Below, one piece after another: positions 1 through 8,386 of a stretch of DNA of 61,404 nt. The position numbers were made by a program, and so were the translations under genes. The stretch's first letter is position 1; each line of letters starts with the position of its first letter. Origin of the DNA: an uncultured Bacteroidia bacterium (GTDB taxonomy: Bacteria > Bacteroidota > Bacteroidia > J057 > CALLMJ01); the NCBI GenBank assembly GCA_964493765.1, contig CAZBPK010000117.1, forward strand, positions 1 through 61,404. Direction: 5' to 3'. Under the pieces are notes generated by a model. That model saw only the letters and a list, made by a program, of their open reading frames with translations, made no database searches and had not been told where the DNA came from.

Positions 1-99
1 AGCTAAAAATAAATATGAACTTAAAATTAAAGCAATAAAAAACTTCATTTTGATTTAATATTTTATGCAAAGTTATTGAGCGATTTAATATAAAAAAAC

Positions 100-128
100 A
101 AAAAAAAATAGGAGTTTACAAAACCCCT
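100..128 (-). terminator. Probable intrinsic terminator of the pspA operon
   Basis: Minus strand reads AGGGGTTT-TGT-AAACTCCT (8-bp stem, one G.U pair), then A and a T-run; lies downstream of ORF 183..647. Confidence 0.6.
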
Positions 129-182
129 TTTTTATTTTACAAATGCTAGGAGAAAATTTGTAAAAACTATATTCCTATAAAA

Positions 183-647
183 TTAATGTTCTTCGTCTCC
201 AATTGTTTTACTAGAAAAATTTTTATCAGCAGATAAATTTTGGGATTGTTTTTCTTCTTCCAATAAGGTTTTGGAAGCCTCAGAAATATCATTATTCTCG
301 TTCTGAACATTTTTCTCTAATAAACCCATTTCCATTTTAATTTGGTTCAAAATATCTTCAGGAGAAGGAATTTTGGTTTCTTTTTCTTGAGATTGATTTT
401 CTAAAGCAATATCTAATTTTGATTCAGAAATTTGAGAAGATGTGTTCAATTTTTCGATAAAATCATTCATATCATCAGAAATTTGAGCAAGTTTTAAAAC
501 TTGCTCAAGATTTTCTGAAATTTTGTTCATTTGATTAGTTTCTTTCATTTTATCAAGAATTTTTTTGCGTAGTTTTAATTCTTGCAAATATTCTTGTTTC
601 ATTTTTTCTCGTTGTTCTTCCGAACTTAATTTTTTATTTTCATCCAT
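183..647 (-). CDS. Coiled-coil protein resembling the C-terminal half of PspA/IM30
   Basis: 154-aa helical ORF 13 nt after pspA; FIEKLNTSSQISESKLDIALE aligns with PspA MISKLNEKTAKSEAKLEMALD. Confidence 0.7.
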   Translation of the reverse strand: MDENKKLSSEEQREKMKQEYLQELKLRKKILDKMKETNQMNKISENLEQVLKLAQISDDMNDFIEKLNTSSQISESKLDIALENQSQEKETKIPSPEDILNQIKMEMGLLEKNVQNENNDISEASKTLLEEEKQSQNLSADKNFSSKTIGDEEH

Positions 648-660
648 AAAGATATATGAA

Positions 661-1398
661 TTACAAAGTTTTATCTTTATTTTGGAGAATATCAGAATCT
701 AAATTGGTTTCAGTTGTAGAGGTAGTGGTAGGACCTTGCATATCTAATTTGAATTGTTTTAATAGTTCTGCGGCTTTAATTTTCTCCATTTCTTCTTCCA
801 TTTTCATACCAGAGGTATCAACGGTATCTAAAGCCATTTCTAACTTTGCTTCTGATTTAGCAGTTTTTTCATTAAGCTTAGAAATCATTTCTTCATGAGT
901 TTCTGCAACAGACATGGTTTCAAAAGATTGCATGGTATTAGCAATTTTTTCCATCCATTTAGAACGTTCATGTGCTTTAAGAGCTTCTTTAGCCTCATTA
1001 ATTTTTTTGTCTTTTTCTTTCATGAAGGCTTTTTTCACTTCAACAGCTTTTTCGTAAGCTTTAGTTGCTGCAGCTAATTGAGCTTCAATAGTGGACAAAG
1101 AAGATTTTGTTTGTTCTAATTTTAATGCATATTGACCCGCTAAATCATCCCTATTCTGATTAATAGCAGCTTTTATTTTTACTACTAAGTCATCGTGCTC
1201 GGCTTTCTTTTTATCATATTCTTTTTGAAAAAGATTTACTTGTGCTTTAGCAGTAGCAACTGCATCATTCATTTTAGGAACTTGTTCGTTTAATTCACGA
1301 ATGTTTTGTTCTAAAATTAGTTTAGGATCTTCAATAGCAGTAATTGCACCGCCAAATAGCGATTTTATCGCTCTAACAAAACGTTTCCAAAGACTCAT
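661..1398 (-). CDS. pspA: PspA/IM30 (Vipp1, ESCRT-III-like) family protein
   Basis: N-terminal amphipathic helix MSLWKRFVRAIKSLF, EDPKLILEQNIRELNEQV motif, long coiled coil, 245 aa. Confidence 0.88.
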   Translation of the reverse strand: MSLWKRFVRAIKSLFGGAITAIEDPKLILEQNIRELNEQVPKMNDAVATAKAQVNLFQKEYDKKKAEHDDLVVKIKAAINQNRDDLAGQYALKLEQTKSSLSTIEAQLAAATKAYEKAVEVKKAFMKEKDKKINEAKEALKAHERSKWMEKIANTMQSFETMSVAETHEEMISKLNEKTAKSEAKLEMALDTVDTSGMKMEEEMEKIKAAELLKQFKLDMQGPTTTSTTETNLDSDILQNKDKTL

Positions 1399-1439
1399 AA
1401 ATTTCGGTAATTAAATTTTTGTGCAATATATAACATTTT

Positions 1440-2447
1440 TTAGTGCAAAACAATAGTTTTATTTAAAAATTTATGAATTAATTCCATTTCTTGTTTGGAA
1501 CCTACATACAAAGCAGTTCTTTCATGAAGTTCTTTAGGTTGCTTTTCTAATATTCGATTTTGTCCATCGGTGGCTAAACCTCCAGCTTGTTCTGCTAAAA
1601 ACGCAATAGGATTGGCTTCATAAAGTAAACGTAATTTTCCATTAGGCTCTTTTTTGGATGCTGGATAGATAAAAATTCCACCTTTTAATAAAGTTCTATG
1701 AAAATCCGCAACTAAAGAGCCAACATATCTTGCTTTGTAAGGTCTTTTCGTTGCTTTATCATCTACCTTTATGTATTCCAAGTATTTTTTTAAGTTCTCA
1801 TCAAACCCCCAAGAATTGCCCTCATTAATAGAAAATGTATTGGATTTTTCTGGCATTTTAATATCAGGATGGGATAAAAAATATTCCCCTATTGAAGGCT
1901 CTAAAGTAAAACCATTCACTCCAGCTCCTGTTGTATAAACCAACATGGTACTAGAACCATAAATAACATATCCCGCAGCAACTTGTTTAAAACCTGGCTG
2001 TAAACAATCTTCTAACTTACAATCTTCATTTACTTTTCTATAAATGGAAAAAATGGTCCCAATATTAATATTTACATCAATATTGGAAGAGCCATCTAAA
2101 GGATCAAATAAAATAATGTATTTGGCTTCAGAGTTTGAGGGTATTACATCTTCATTCTCTTCTGAACCCATTAATGCAATGGATTGGCTGGAGTTCAAAG
2201 ACTTAATCATAACCTCATTTGCATACTCATCAAGTTTTTTTACTTCCTCTCCTTGAACATTATAATATCCCGTTGTACCTAAAATATTGGATAACCCTGC
2301 TACTCTGACTTCCCTATTAATAATTTTAGTGGCTAAGCTAATTCCTCTTAATAACTGTGATAATTCACCATTAGCATAAGGAAAACCTTTTTCTTTTTCA
2401 TGGATAAATTCAAACAATGAAATTAAATTTTGTGATGCTAAGTTCAT
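1440..2447 (-). CDS. fbp: Fructose-1,6-bisphosphatase class 1
   Basis: GEEVKKLD, SEE, FDPLDGSSNID, RYVGSLVADFHRTLLKGG and LRLLYEANP motifs; ATG 2447 preferred because the longer TTG start overlaps a TAAATTTG promoter box. Confidence 0.95.
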   Translation of the reverse strand: MNLASQNLISLFEFIHEKEKGFPYANGELSQLLRGISLATKIINREVRVAGLSNILGTTGYYNVQGEEVKKLDEYANEVMIKSLNSSQSIALMGSEENEDVIPSNSEAKYIILFDPLDGSSNIDVNINIGTIFSIYRKVNEDCKLEDCLQPGFKQVAAGYVIYGSSTMLVYTTGAGVNGFTLEPSIGEYFLSHPDIKMPEKSNTFSINEGNSWGFDENLKKYLEYIKVDDKATKRPYKARYVGSLVADFHRTLLKGGIFIYPASKKEPNGKLRLLYEANPIAFLAEQAGGLATDGQNRILEKQPKELHERTALYVGSKQEMELIHKFLNKTIVLH

Positions 2448-2601
2448 ACTTCTTTTATTGTAAATTTTACGCAAATTTACAATTTAAATCAATCCAATCT
2501 CGGATTATCAAAATTTGAATAATACTTTCTATCTATAGTATTTTGTTTTGTTATCCAGCAAAAAAAGCTAAATCACAACATATTATATTGTAAAACTGGC
2601 T

Positions 2602-3222
2602 TTATAAAATCCTGAATTCCCCTCTTATTCCATTGATAATAAATTCAACTCCAATACTTAAAACTAAAAAACCAGTAATTTTTGTCATAGCAGTGATTCC
2701 ACTTTTTCCAAGAATTTTAGCATAAAATTTTGACGATCTCAAAACCAAAAAACAAGAAAAAGCTGTTAGGGCTATAGCCAAAACAAGAGCTATGATTTGT
2801 GAAAAATCTTGAGTTTTAGAATACAAACCTATAACCAAAGAAATGGAACCTGGACCTGAAAGCATTGGCATAGCTAATGGTGTAAAAGAAATGTCAGTTT
2901 TGTCAGTATCTTCTTGGTTTACCTCTCCTTCTTTTTTTTCAGAATTTTGTTGAAGCATTCTTAAACCATTTAAACAAATCATAATACCACCAGCAATTCT
3001 CATTCCATGAACTGTAATACTAAAAAAATTCATTATTGCAGTACCAAAAAATGCAAAAACTAAGAGAATTAAAAAAGCATTAAATGAGGATTTGTAGCTC
3101 ATTTTAAACTGCCAATCATTTGATTTACCAGCAGAAAGGGTTATAAAAGAAGGAACTACGTTAAACGGATTAACGATAGAGAAAATTGCTGTAAAAGCCA
3201 TGATAAAATAAGCAATATCCAT
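2602..3222 (-). CDS. MarC family inner membrane protein
   Basis: IVNPFNVVPSF, GMRIAGGI and TPLAMPMLSGPGSI motifs, six hydrophobic segments; ATG 3222 preferred. Confidence 0.9.
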   Translation of the reverse strand: MDIAYFIMAFTAIFSIVNPFNVVPSFITLSAGKSNDWQFKMSYKSSFNAFLILLVFAFFGTAIMNFFSITVHGMRIAGGIMICLNGLRMLQQNSEKKEGEVNQEDTDKTDISFTPLAMPMLSGPGSISLVIGLYSKTQDFSQIIALVLAIALTAFSCFLVLRSSKFYAKILGKSGITAMTKITGFLVLSIGVEFIINGIRGEFRIL

Positions 3223-3299
3223 AATTGATTGCAAAAATAAATTTCAATTATGGAGTAAAAAAATATATTTTAAAAATCAGTAAAATTAAGTAATTAAGA

Positions 3300-3758
3300 T
3301 TATTTTTGATATAATGCTAAAATTTGCTCAGTATGAGCGTCAGTTTTTACCTTTTTTATAATATTTTCAATTAAACCCTCTTCATTGATGATGTAAGTAT
3401 AACGCATAATTCCTTGCGTAATTTTACCGTACATATTCTTCTCGCCCCAAGCACCATAAGCATTAATAATTTTCTTGTCTTCGTCATGTAATAAAGAAAA
3501 ATTAAGCTGATGTTTATTTGCAAATTTTTTATGAGATTCTAAACTATCGGCACTGACACCTAAAACCACAAAGCCTTTTTCTTGTAATAAGTTAATATTA
3601 TCCCTTAGGTTACAAGCTTCTTTGGTGCATCCGGGGGTATCATCTTTGGGGTAAAAATACAAAATCACTTTTTTTCCTTTAAAATTACTTAATGAAATTA
3701 CATTTCCTAATTGATCTTGGGTAGTAAAATCAGGTGCTTTTTGTCCAATTTCTAACAT
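3300..3758 (-). CDS. bcp: Thioredoxin-dependent thiol peroxidase (BCP/PrxQ)
   Basis: YFYPKDDTPGCTKEAC motif. Confidence 0.95.
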   Translation of the reverse strand: MLEIGQKAPDFTTQDQLGNVISLSNFKGKKVILYFYPKDDTPGCTKEACNLRDNINLLQEKGFVVLGVSADSLESHKKFANKHQLNFSLLHDEDKKIINAYGAWGEKNMYGKITQGIMRYTYIINEEGLIENIIKKVKTDAHTEQILALYQK

Positions 3759-3817
3759 AAATTAATTGATAATTTGAAAAACAAAGTTACAAACAAAAAG
3801 TTCAAAGTTTATAGGTT

Positions 3818-4522
3818 TTAAGATAAAAATTCTTGAATAATAGGTAACTTAGATTGAAAGAAAAAATCTAAATTCTCAAAGAAGTAACCTGTTTGATGAT
3901 CAATAAACAAAACTTTATTAGCAATTTTACGAACAGATTCAATATTATGTGTAATCATAACTAAGATTTGTTGAGGTTGAAAGATATTAATTATTAAATC
4001 GTCAATTAAGCGTGCATTGATAGGATCTAAACCAGAATGGGGTTCATCAAAAAAAAGAATTGTAGGATGATGATATAAAGCACGTGCAATAGAAACTCTT
4101 TTTTTCATTCCACCGGATAATTCTTCCACTTTTTTATTTTGGTCTTCTTTATTCAAACCAACTAAAGGTAAGATTTTGGATACATTTTCAATAATTTCAG
4201 AATACTTTTTATGATTATAAATATCAATTATTCCGATGTTTTCCCATACATTATAGGTATCAATTAAAGCAGGATTTTGAAAAACAACTCCCATTTGTTG
4301 AGATATTCTAGAATTTAAAGGATAAACTTTTTGACCTTTTAGCAAAATATCACCGTTGGTAGGTTCTAATAGCCCAGTCATTAATTTAAAGAGAACACTT
4401 TTTCCTTCACCACTTTTACCAATTATACACAATTTATCTCCTAGAAAAATTTCAAAATTGATATTTTTTAAAATAAATTTTTCGTTAAAAGCATGACTAA
4501 TATTCTGAATTTGAATAGCCAT
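3818..4522 (-). CDS. ABC transporter ATP-binding protein (MlaF-like)
   Basis: Walker A GKSGEGKS, signature LSGGM, Walker B FFDEP, THN switch; ATG 4522 preferred. Confidence 0.88.
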   Translation of the reverse strand: MAIQIQNISHAFNEKFILKNINFEIFLGDKLCIIGKSGEGKSVLFKLMTGLLEPTNGDILLKGQKVYPLNSRISQQMGVVFQNPALIDTYNVWENIGIIDIYNHKKYSEIIENVSKILPLVGLNKEDQNKKVEELSGGMKKRVSIARALYHHPTILFFDEPHSGLDPINARLIDDLIINIFQPQQILVMITHNIESVRKIANKVLFIDHQTGYFFENLDFFFQSKLPIIQEFLS

Positions 4523-4526
4523 AAAA

Positions 4527-5288
4527 TTATAAATCAAGCATTTGCTTCAAAGACTTAGAACGTTCTCTACTACAAATTACCTCCATTCCATTGGTTAGTA
4601 TTAGTTTTAAACGATGTCCAAACCAAATTACAAATTCTTTAACGTGTGTCAAATTTACTATTGCAGAACGATTAACTTTCACAAAGGTGTTGGTAGGTAA
4701 TTTTTTTTCAAACTGTTCTAAAGTTTGATTAACCATAAATCGTTTATCAGTAGTAAAAATATGAGTTAATCTTTCCTCAACCTGCACCAAAATAATATCT
4801 TCTAAATCCACTAATTTATAACGGTCAGCAGTAGGTATAGGAATTTTATTGTTGAACTGAAAACCATTTTGTTGAAGTTGGTGATTGAGTTCATCAATAG
4901 GTAATTTGTGAGATTCATGTAAAGATAAGTTTTTTTGAATTTTTTCAATAGTTGAATGAAGGCGTTCTTTAGTAACAGGTTTTAAAAGGTAATCAATACT
5001 ATTAAGCTCAAAAGCTTTTACAGCATGTTCTTGGTATGCAGTAGCGAATACAATTATAGGATGTAAATTTTTAGGTAAATTCTGAACAACTTCTAAACCA
5101 TTTAAGCCGGGCATTTCAACATCTAGGAAAACAACATCAGGTTCTAATTCTACTATGGAATCTAAGGCTTGAAGTCCATCTTCAGCAATACCAACAACCT
5201 CTAATTGCTCATAATTTTCAAGCAATCTGAGCATTTTTTTTCTTGCCGGTTCTTCATCATCTGAGATTAAAACCCTTATTTTAGACAT
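4527..5288 (-). CDS. LytTR family response regulator (REC + LytTR)
   Basis: DDEEPARKKM, phosphoacceptor FLDVEMP, DYLLKP, C-terminal FVKVNRSAIVN. Confidence 0.92.
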   Translation of the reverse strand: MSKIRVLISDDEEPARKKMLRLLENYEQLEVVGIAEDGLQALDSIVELEPDVVFLDVEMPGLNGLEVVQNLPKNLHPIIVFATAYQEHAVKAFELNSIDYLLKPVTKERLHSTIEKIQKNLSLHESHKLPIDELNHQLQQNGFQFNNKIPIPTADRYKLVDLEDIILVQVEERLTHIFTTDKRFMVNQTLEQFEKKLPTNTFVKVNRSAIVNLTHVKEFVIWFGHRLKLILTNGMEVICSRERSKSLKQMLDL

Positions 5289-5294
5289 TGTAGA

Positions 5295-5510
5295 TTAAGG
5301 TTTATTTTTGCCTTTTAAATGATTAAAAATCAAATAAAAAATAAAAATACTTAACAATAAAAAAAACAAAGAAGTAACCCATTCAAAACTACATTCATAA
5401 CAATTAAATATTCTTTTAGAAATAAATTCGTATAAATAAGTTAGGATTTGTTTATCCTCTAAAGCAGATTGATTGGGAAAAATTGAACCACCAAATAACA
5501 AAATACTCAT
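5295..5510 (-). CDS. Small hypothetical membrane protein
   Basis: 71-aa ORF filling the gap between two same-strand genes; C-terminal hydrophobic helix followed by basic tail. Confidence 0.5.
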   Translation of the reverse strand: MSILLFGGSIFPNQSALEDKQILTYLYEFISKRIFNCYECSFEWVTSLFFLLLSIFIFYLIFNHLKGKNKP

Positions 5511-5521
5511 AGTACAGAAAA

Positions 5522-6277
5522 TTAATAGTGCATTTTAGGCATTAAAATATAAGAAATTCCAATAAGCAAACCACCATTAATATTAGTAGTTTTGGGTCTA
5601 TTTTCTGGGTAATAATTTACAGTCTGGGTTACGCCTTGAGTGGTTAAATCATAAGTCGCATTCTTATTTTCAGCATCAGTAAAAGCGTAATCTACCCAAA
5701 CTCGAGCATTCATTTTCATATTATATCTTAATTTAACATCTATGCCTGTTCTTAAAGTTGCGCCTAACAAAAAAGAATTAAATGTTTCATAACGAGAAGG
5801 AACATTAGTTTTATAAACAAAAGGGACTTGTTCATATTGATATGCTCTATCATTATTTCGTTCTTTAACCCCCATCAGAAAATTAAACTGTGGTCCGGCT
5901 TCAACAGTAAATGCATATTTTAATTCTGGATCAGTTGTATATTTAAAAAGTATTGGAACTTTCAAAAAATATTGACGAAGTTGATGTCTTACGGTATCTT
6001 GAAGTCTATTTTTATAGGTATGATCTTGACCTTGTGTAGAATACAGTAAATTAACATGAACCCCTAAATGATCTTCAAAATGATAACCTAGAGAAATTCC
6101 TCCAGACATTCCATAAGTTCTTAAATAAGAAAATTGATCTTTAGATGCATCAGAATCTTGCTGATTCAGCATCCAAGAACTCAAAGGCATAGCATAAACG
6201 CCTAAATGATATCCTTCTTGTGCATTTAAGTTTTGTAGTGTCAGTAGAAATAACAAAGAGAAAATTAATTTTCGCAT
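5522..6277 (-). CDS. Outer membrane beta-barrel protein (PorT-like family)
   Basis: Signal peptide MRKLIFSLLFLLTLQNLNAQ; alternating strands; YFLKVPILFKY and EAGPQFNFL motifs. Confidence 0.75.
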   Translation of the reverse strand: MRKLIFSLLFLLTLQNLNAQEGYHLGVYAMPLSSWMLNQQDSDASKDQFSYLRTYGMSGGISLGYHFEDHLGVHVNLLYSTQGQDHTYKNRLQDTVRHQLRQYFLKVPILFKYTTDPELKYAFTVEAGPQFNFLMGVKERNNDRAYQYEQVPFVYKTNVPSRYETFNSFLLGATLRTGIDVKLRYNMKMNARVWVDYAFTDAENKNATYDLTTQGVTQTVNYYPENRPKTTNINGGLLIGISYILMPKMHY

Positions 6278-6345
6278 TATATAAAAGAAAATAACATGCA
6301 AATATAAAAATTTTTTTCAAAAGTGATTTAAAAATGAAAAAAAAA

Positions 6346-6585
6346 CTAATCAATAGATTTTCTAACTTTTTCGGTAAACGCTCTTATTGCTTCATTTAAA
6401 CTCATTCCGTTTTGAACAGCTTCTAAAACCCATATTGCACCTAATATATGGGTAAGTTGTTCTCCTTCATCATCACCCATTACATCAATATCTAAAGACT
6501 CTCCATCAAGTAGTTTTTTTTCTTGAAGTTTTAAAGTATCTAAATTTTGTTCTTGAACTAACTTTTTAACAGCAATAATTTTCAT
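6346..6585 (-). CDS. Conserved Bacteroidota small protein (DUF6952-like)
   Basis: DDEGEQLTHILGAIW and AIRAFTEKVRKSI match my recollection of this family. Confidence 0.65.
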   Translation of the reverse strand: MKIIAVKKLVQEQNLDTLKLQEKKLLDGESLDIDVMGDDEGEQLTHILGAIWVLEAVQNGMSLNEAIRAFTEKVRKSID

Positions 6586-6666
6586 ACTAAAATTTTATTT
6601 CAAATGTAACACATATTTTTATTTTTAAGTTTTAAAACCTAAAAAGGAAATTTAAAATAGAAAATA

Positions 6667-8268
6667 TTACATTCTAAAAACTCCAAATTGAGAAGTACCT
6701 TCAAAAGGAGCATTATAAACAGCAGCTAAGGAAAAAGCTAAATAATTGCGAGTATCACGAGGATCCATAATACCTTCATCCCAAAGTTGACCAGTAGCAT
6801 AAAAAGCATTGGATTCACTTTCAACTTGATGACTAATCATCATTTTAGTCATTTGAATTTGTTGTTCATCAATGGGTTTATTGGCTTTAGCGGCAGCATC
6901 TCTCTGAATGATTTCCATTACGCCTGAAAGTTGCTCAGGGCCCATAACAGCAATTCTTGAATTGGGATAAGTAAATAGAAAACGAGGGTTATAAGCTCTT
7001 CCGCACATGGCATAGTTACCTGCACCATAGGAAGAACCCACTATTATAGTTAATGCAGGAACTTTACTATTAGCAACTGCATTAATCATATTTGCACCAT
7101 GTTTAATGATGCCACCTTGCTCATACTGTTTTCCAACCATAAAACCTGTAATATTTTGTAAAAACAACAAGGGTCTATTTTGTCTATTACAAAGTTGTAT
7201 AAATTGAGTACCTTTATTCGCAGAATCTGAAAATAAAACCCCATTATTTGCTATGATACCTACAGGATAACCACAAATTTCCGCATATCCAGTCACTAAT
7301 GTAGAGCCAAAATCTGGTTTAAATTCAGTAAAATAGGAACCATCAACAATTCTTGCAATTAGTTCACGAATATCAAAAGGTTTTTTAATGTCAGCTTGAA
7401 CAATACCTAAAATTTCATCAGGATCATAGATGGGATTTTGAAAAGAATTTGAAAAAAGAGAAATTTTTCTTTGGTGTTTAAAAGTAGCCATAATTTCTCT
7501 ACAAATTTTAAGTGCATGAAATTCATTTTCAGCTAAATAATCGGAAACACCAGAAATTTTAGAATGCATTTCTGCGCCTCCAAGACTTTCTTCGTCTACA
7601 ATTTCCTTGGTTGCCATTTTCACAAGAGGTGGACCTGCTAAAAAAACTTGAGCTTGCTTTTTTACCATCACAGTATAATCGGACATTCCTGGAATATAAG
7701 CCCCACCTGCGGTTGAATTCCCAAACACCACTGAAACAGTAGGGATTCCTTTTTCAGAACGTCTAGTAATTTCTCTAAAAGTTATACCACCATAATTAAA
7801 AATTTTAGCTTGCTCAGGTAAATTAGCTCCAGCAGACTCAACTAAGTTAATAATGGGCAATTCATTTTCCATTGCAATTTCGTTAATTCTAAAACTTTTT
7901 TGCAATGTAGTATAATCTATAGAACCACCTTTAATAGTTCCAACATTTGCAGTAATTAAACACAATACTCCACTTACAATACCTAAACCGCAAACCATGG
8001 TTCCTCCTAAAGCAATATTTCCTTTGATACCATAACCCGCTAATGGCATTAATTCCAAAAAAGGGCTATCTTTATCCAAAAGAAGTTCAATTCTTTCTCT
8101 TGCTAATAGTTTTCCTGCATCTCTATAACGATCAATATACTTTTGATCACCTTGAAAAAGAGATTTATTGAGTTCATTTTTCAATTGATTGCAAAGTGAA
8201 AGCATTGACTCATAATTTTTTTGAAAATCTACACTCTGCTTATTGATTTTACTTTGAATAACTCCCAT
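6667..8268 (-). CDS. Acyl-CoA carboxylase carboxyltransferase (beta) subunit, AtuC/AccD2-like
   Basis: GKLLARERIELLLD, VESAGANL, FGNSTAGGAY, QNITGFMVG and SYGAGNYAMCGR motifs. Confidence 0.9.
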   Translation of the reverse strand: MGVIQSKINKQSVDFQKNYESMLSLCNQLKNELNKSLFQGDQKYIDRYRDAGKLLARERIELLLDKDSPFLELMPLAGYGIKGNIALGGTMVCGLGIVSGVLCLITANVGTIKGGSIDYTTLQKSFRINEIAMENELPIINLVESAGANLPEQAKIFNYGGITFREITRRSEKGIPTVSVVFGNSTAGGAYIPGMSDYTVMVKKQAQVFLAGPPLVKMATKEIVDEESLGGAEMHSKISGVSDYLAENEFHALKICREIMATFKHQRKISLFSNSFQNPIYDPDEILGIVQADIKKPFDIRELIARIVDGSYFTEFKPDFGSTLVTGYAEICGYPVGIIANNGVLFSDSANKGTQFIQLCNRQNRPLLFLQNITGFMVGKQYEQGGIIKHGANMINAVANSKVPALTIIVGSSYGAGNYAMCGRAYNPRFLFTYPNSRIAVMGPEQLSGVMEIIQRDAAAKANKPIDEQQIQMTKMMISHQVESESNAFYATGQLWDEGIMDPRDTRNYLAFSLAAVYNAPFEGTSQFGVFRM

Positions 8269-8332
8269 AAAAAAATTGCTGCAATTTAGTTTATTTTGAA
8301 ATACAAAACTAAATTGTTTAAAAAGTTTTCAC

Positions 8333-8366
8333 AAAAAAAACCTCGCCAATTTTGGGGCGAGGTTTT
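8333..8366 (-). terminator. Intrinsic terminator of the T9SS cargo gene
   Basis: CCTCGCC/GGCGAGG stem followed by T8 on the minus strand, 20 nt after the stop codon. Confidence 0.8.
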
Positions 8367-8386
8367 ACTGTGAAAAACTATAATTT

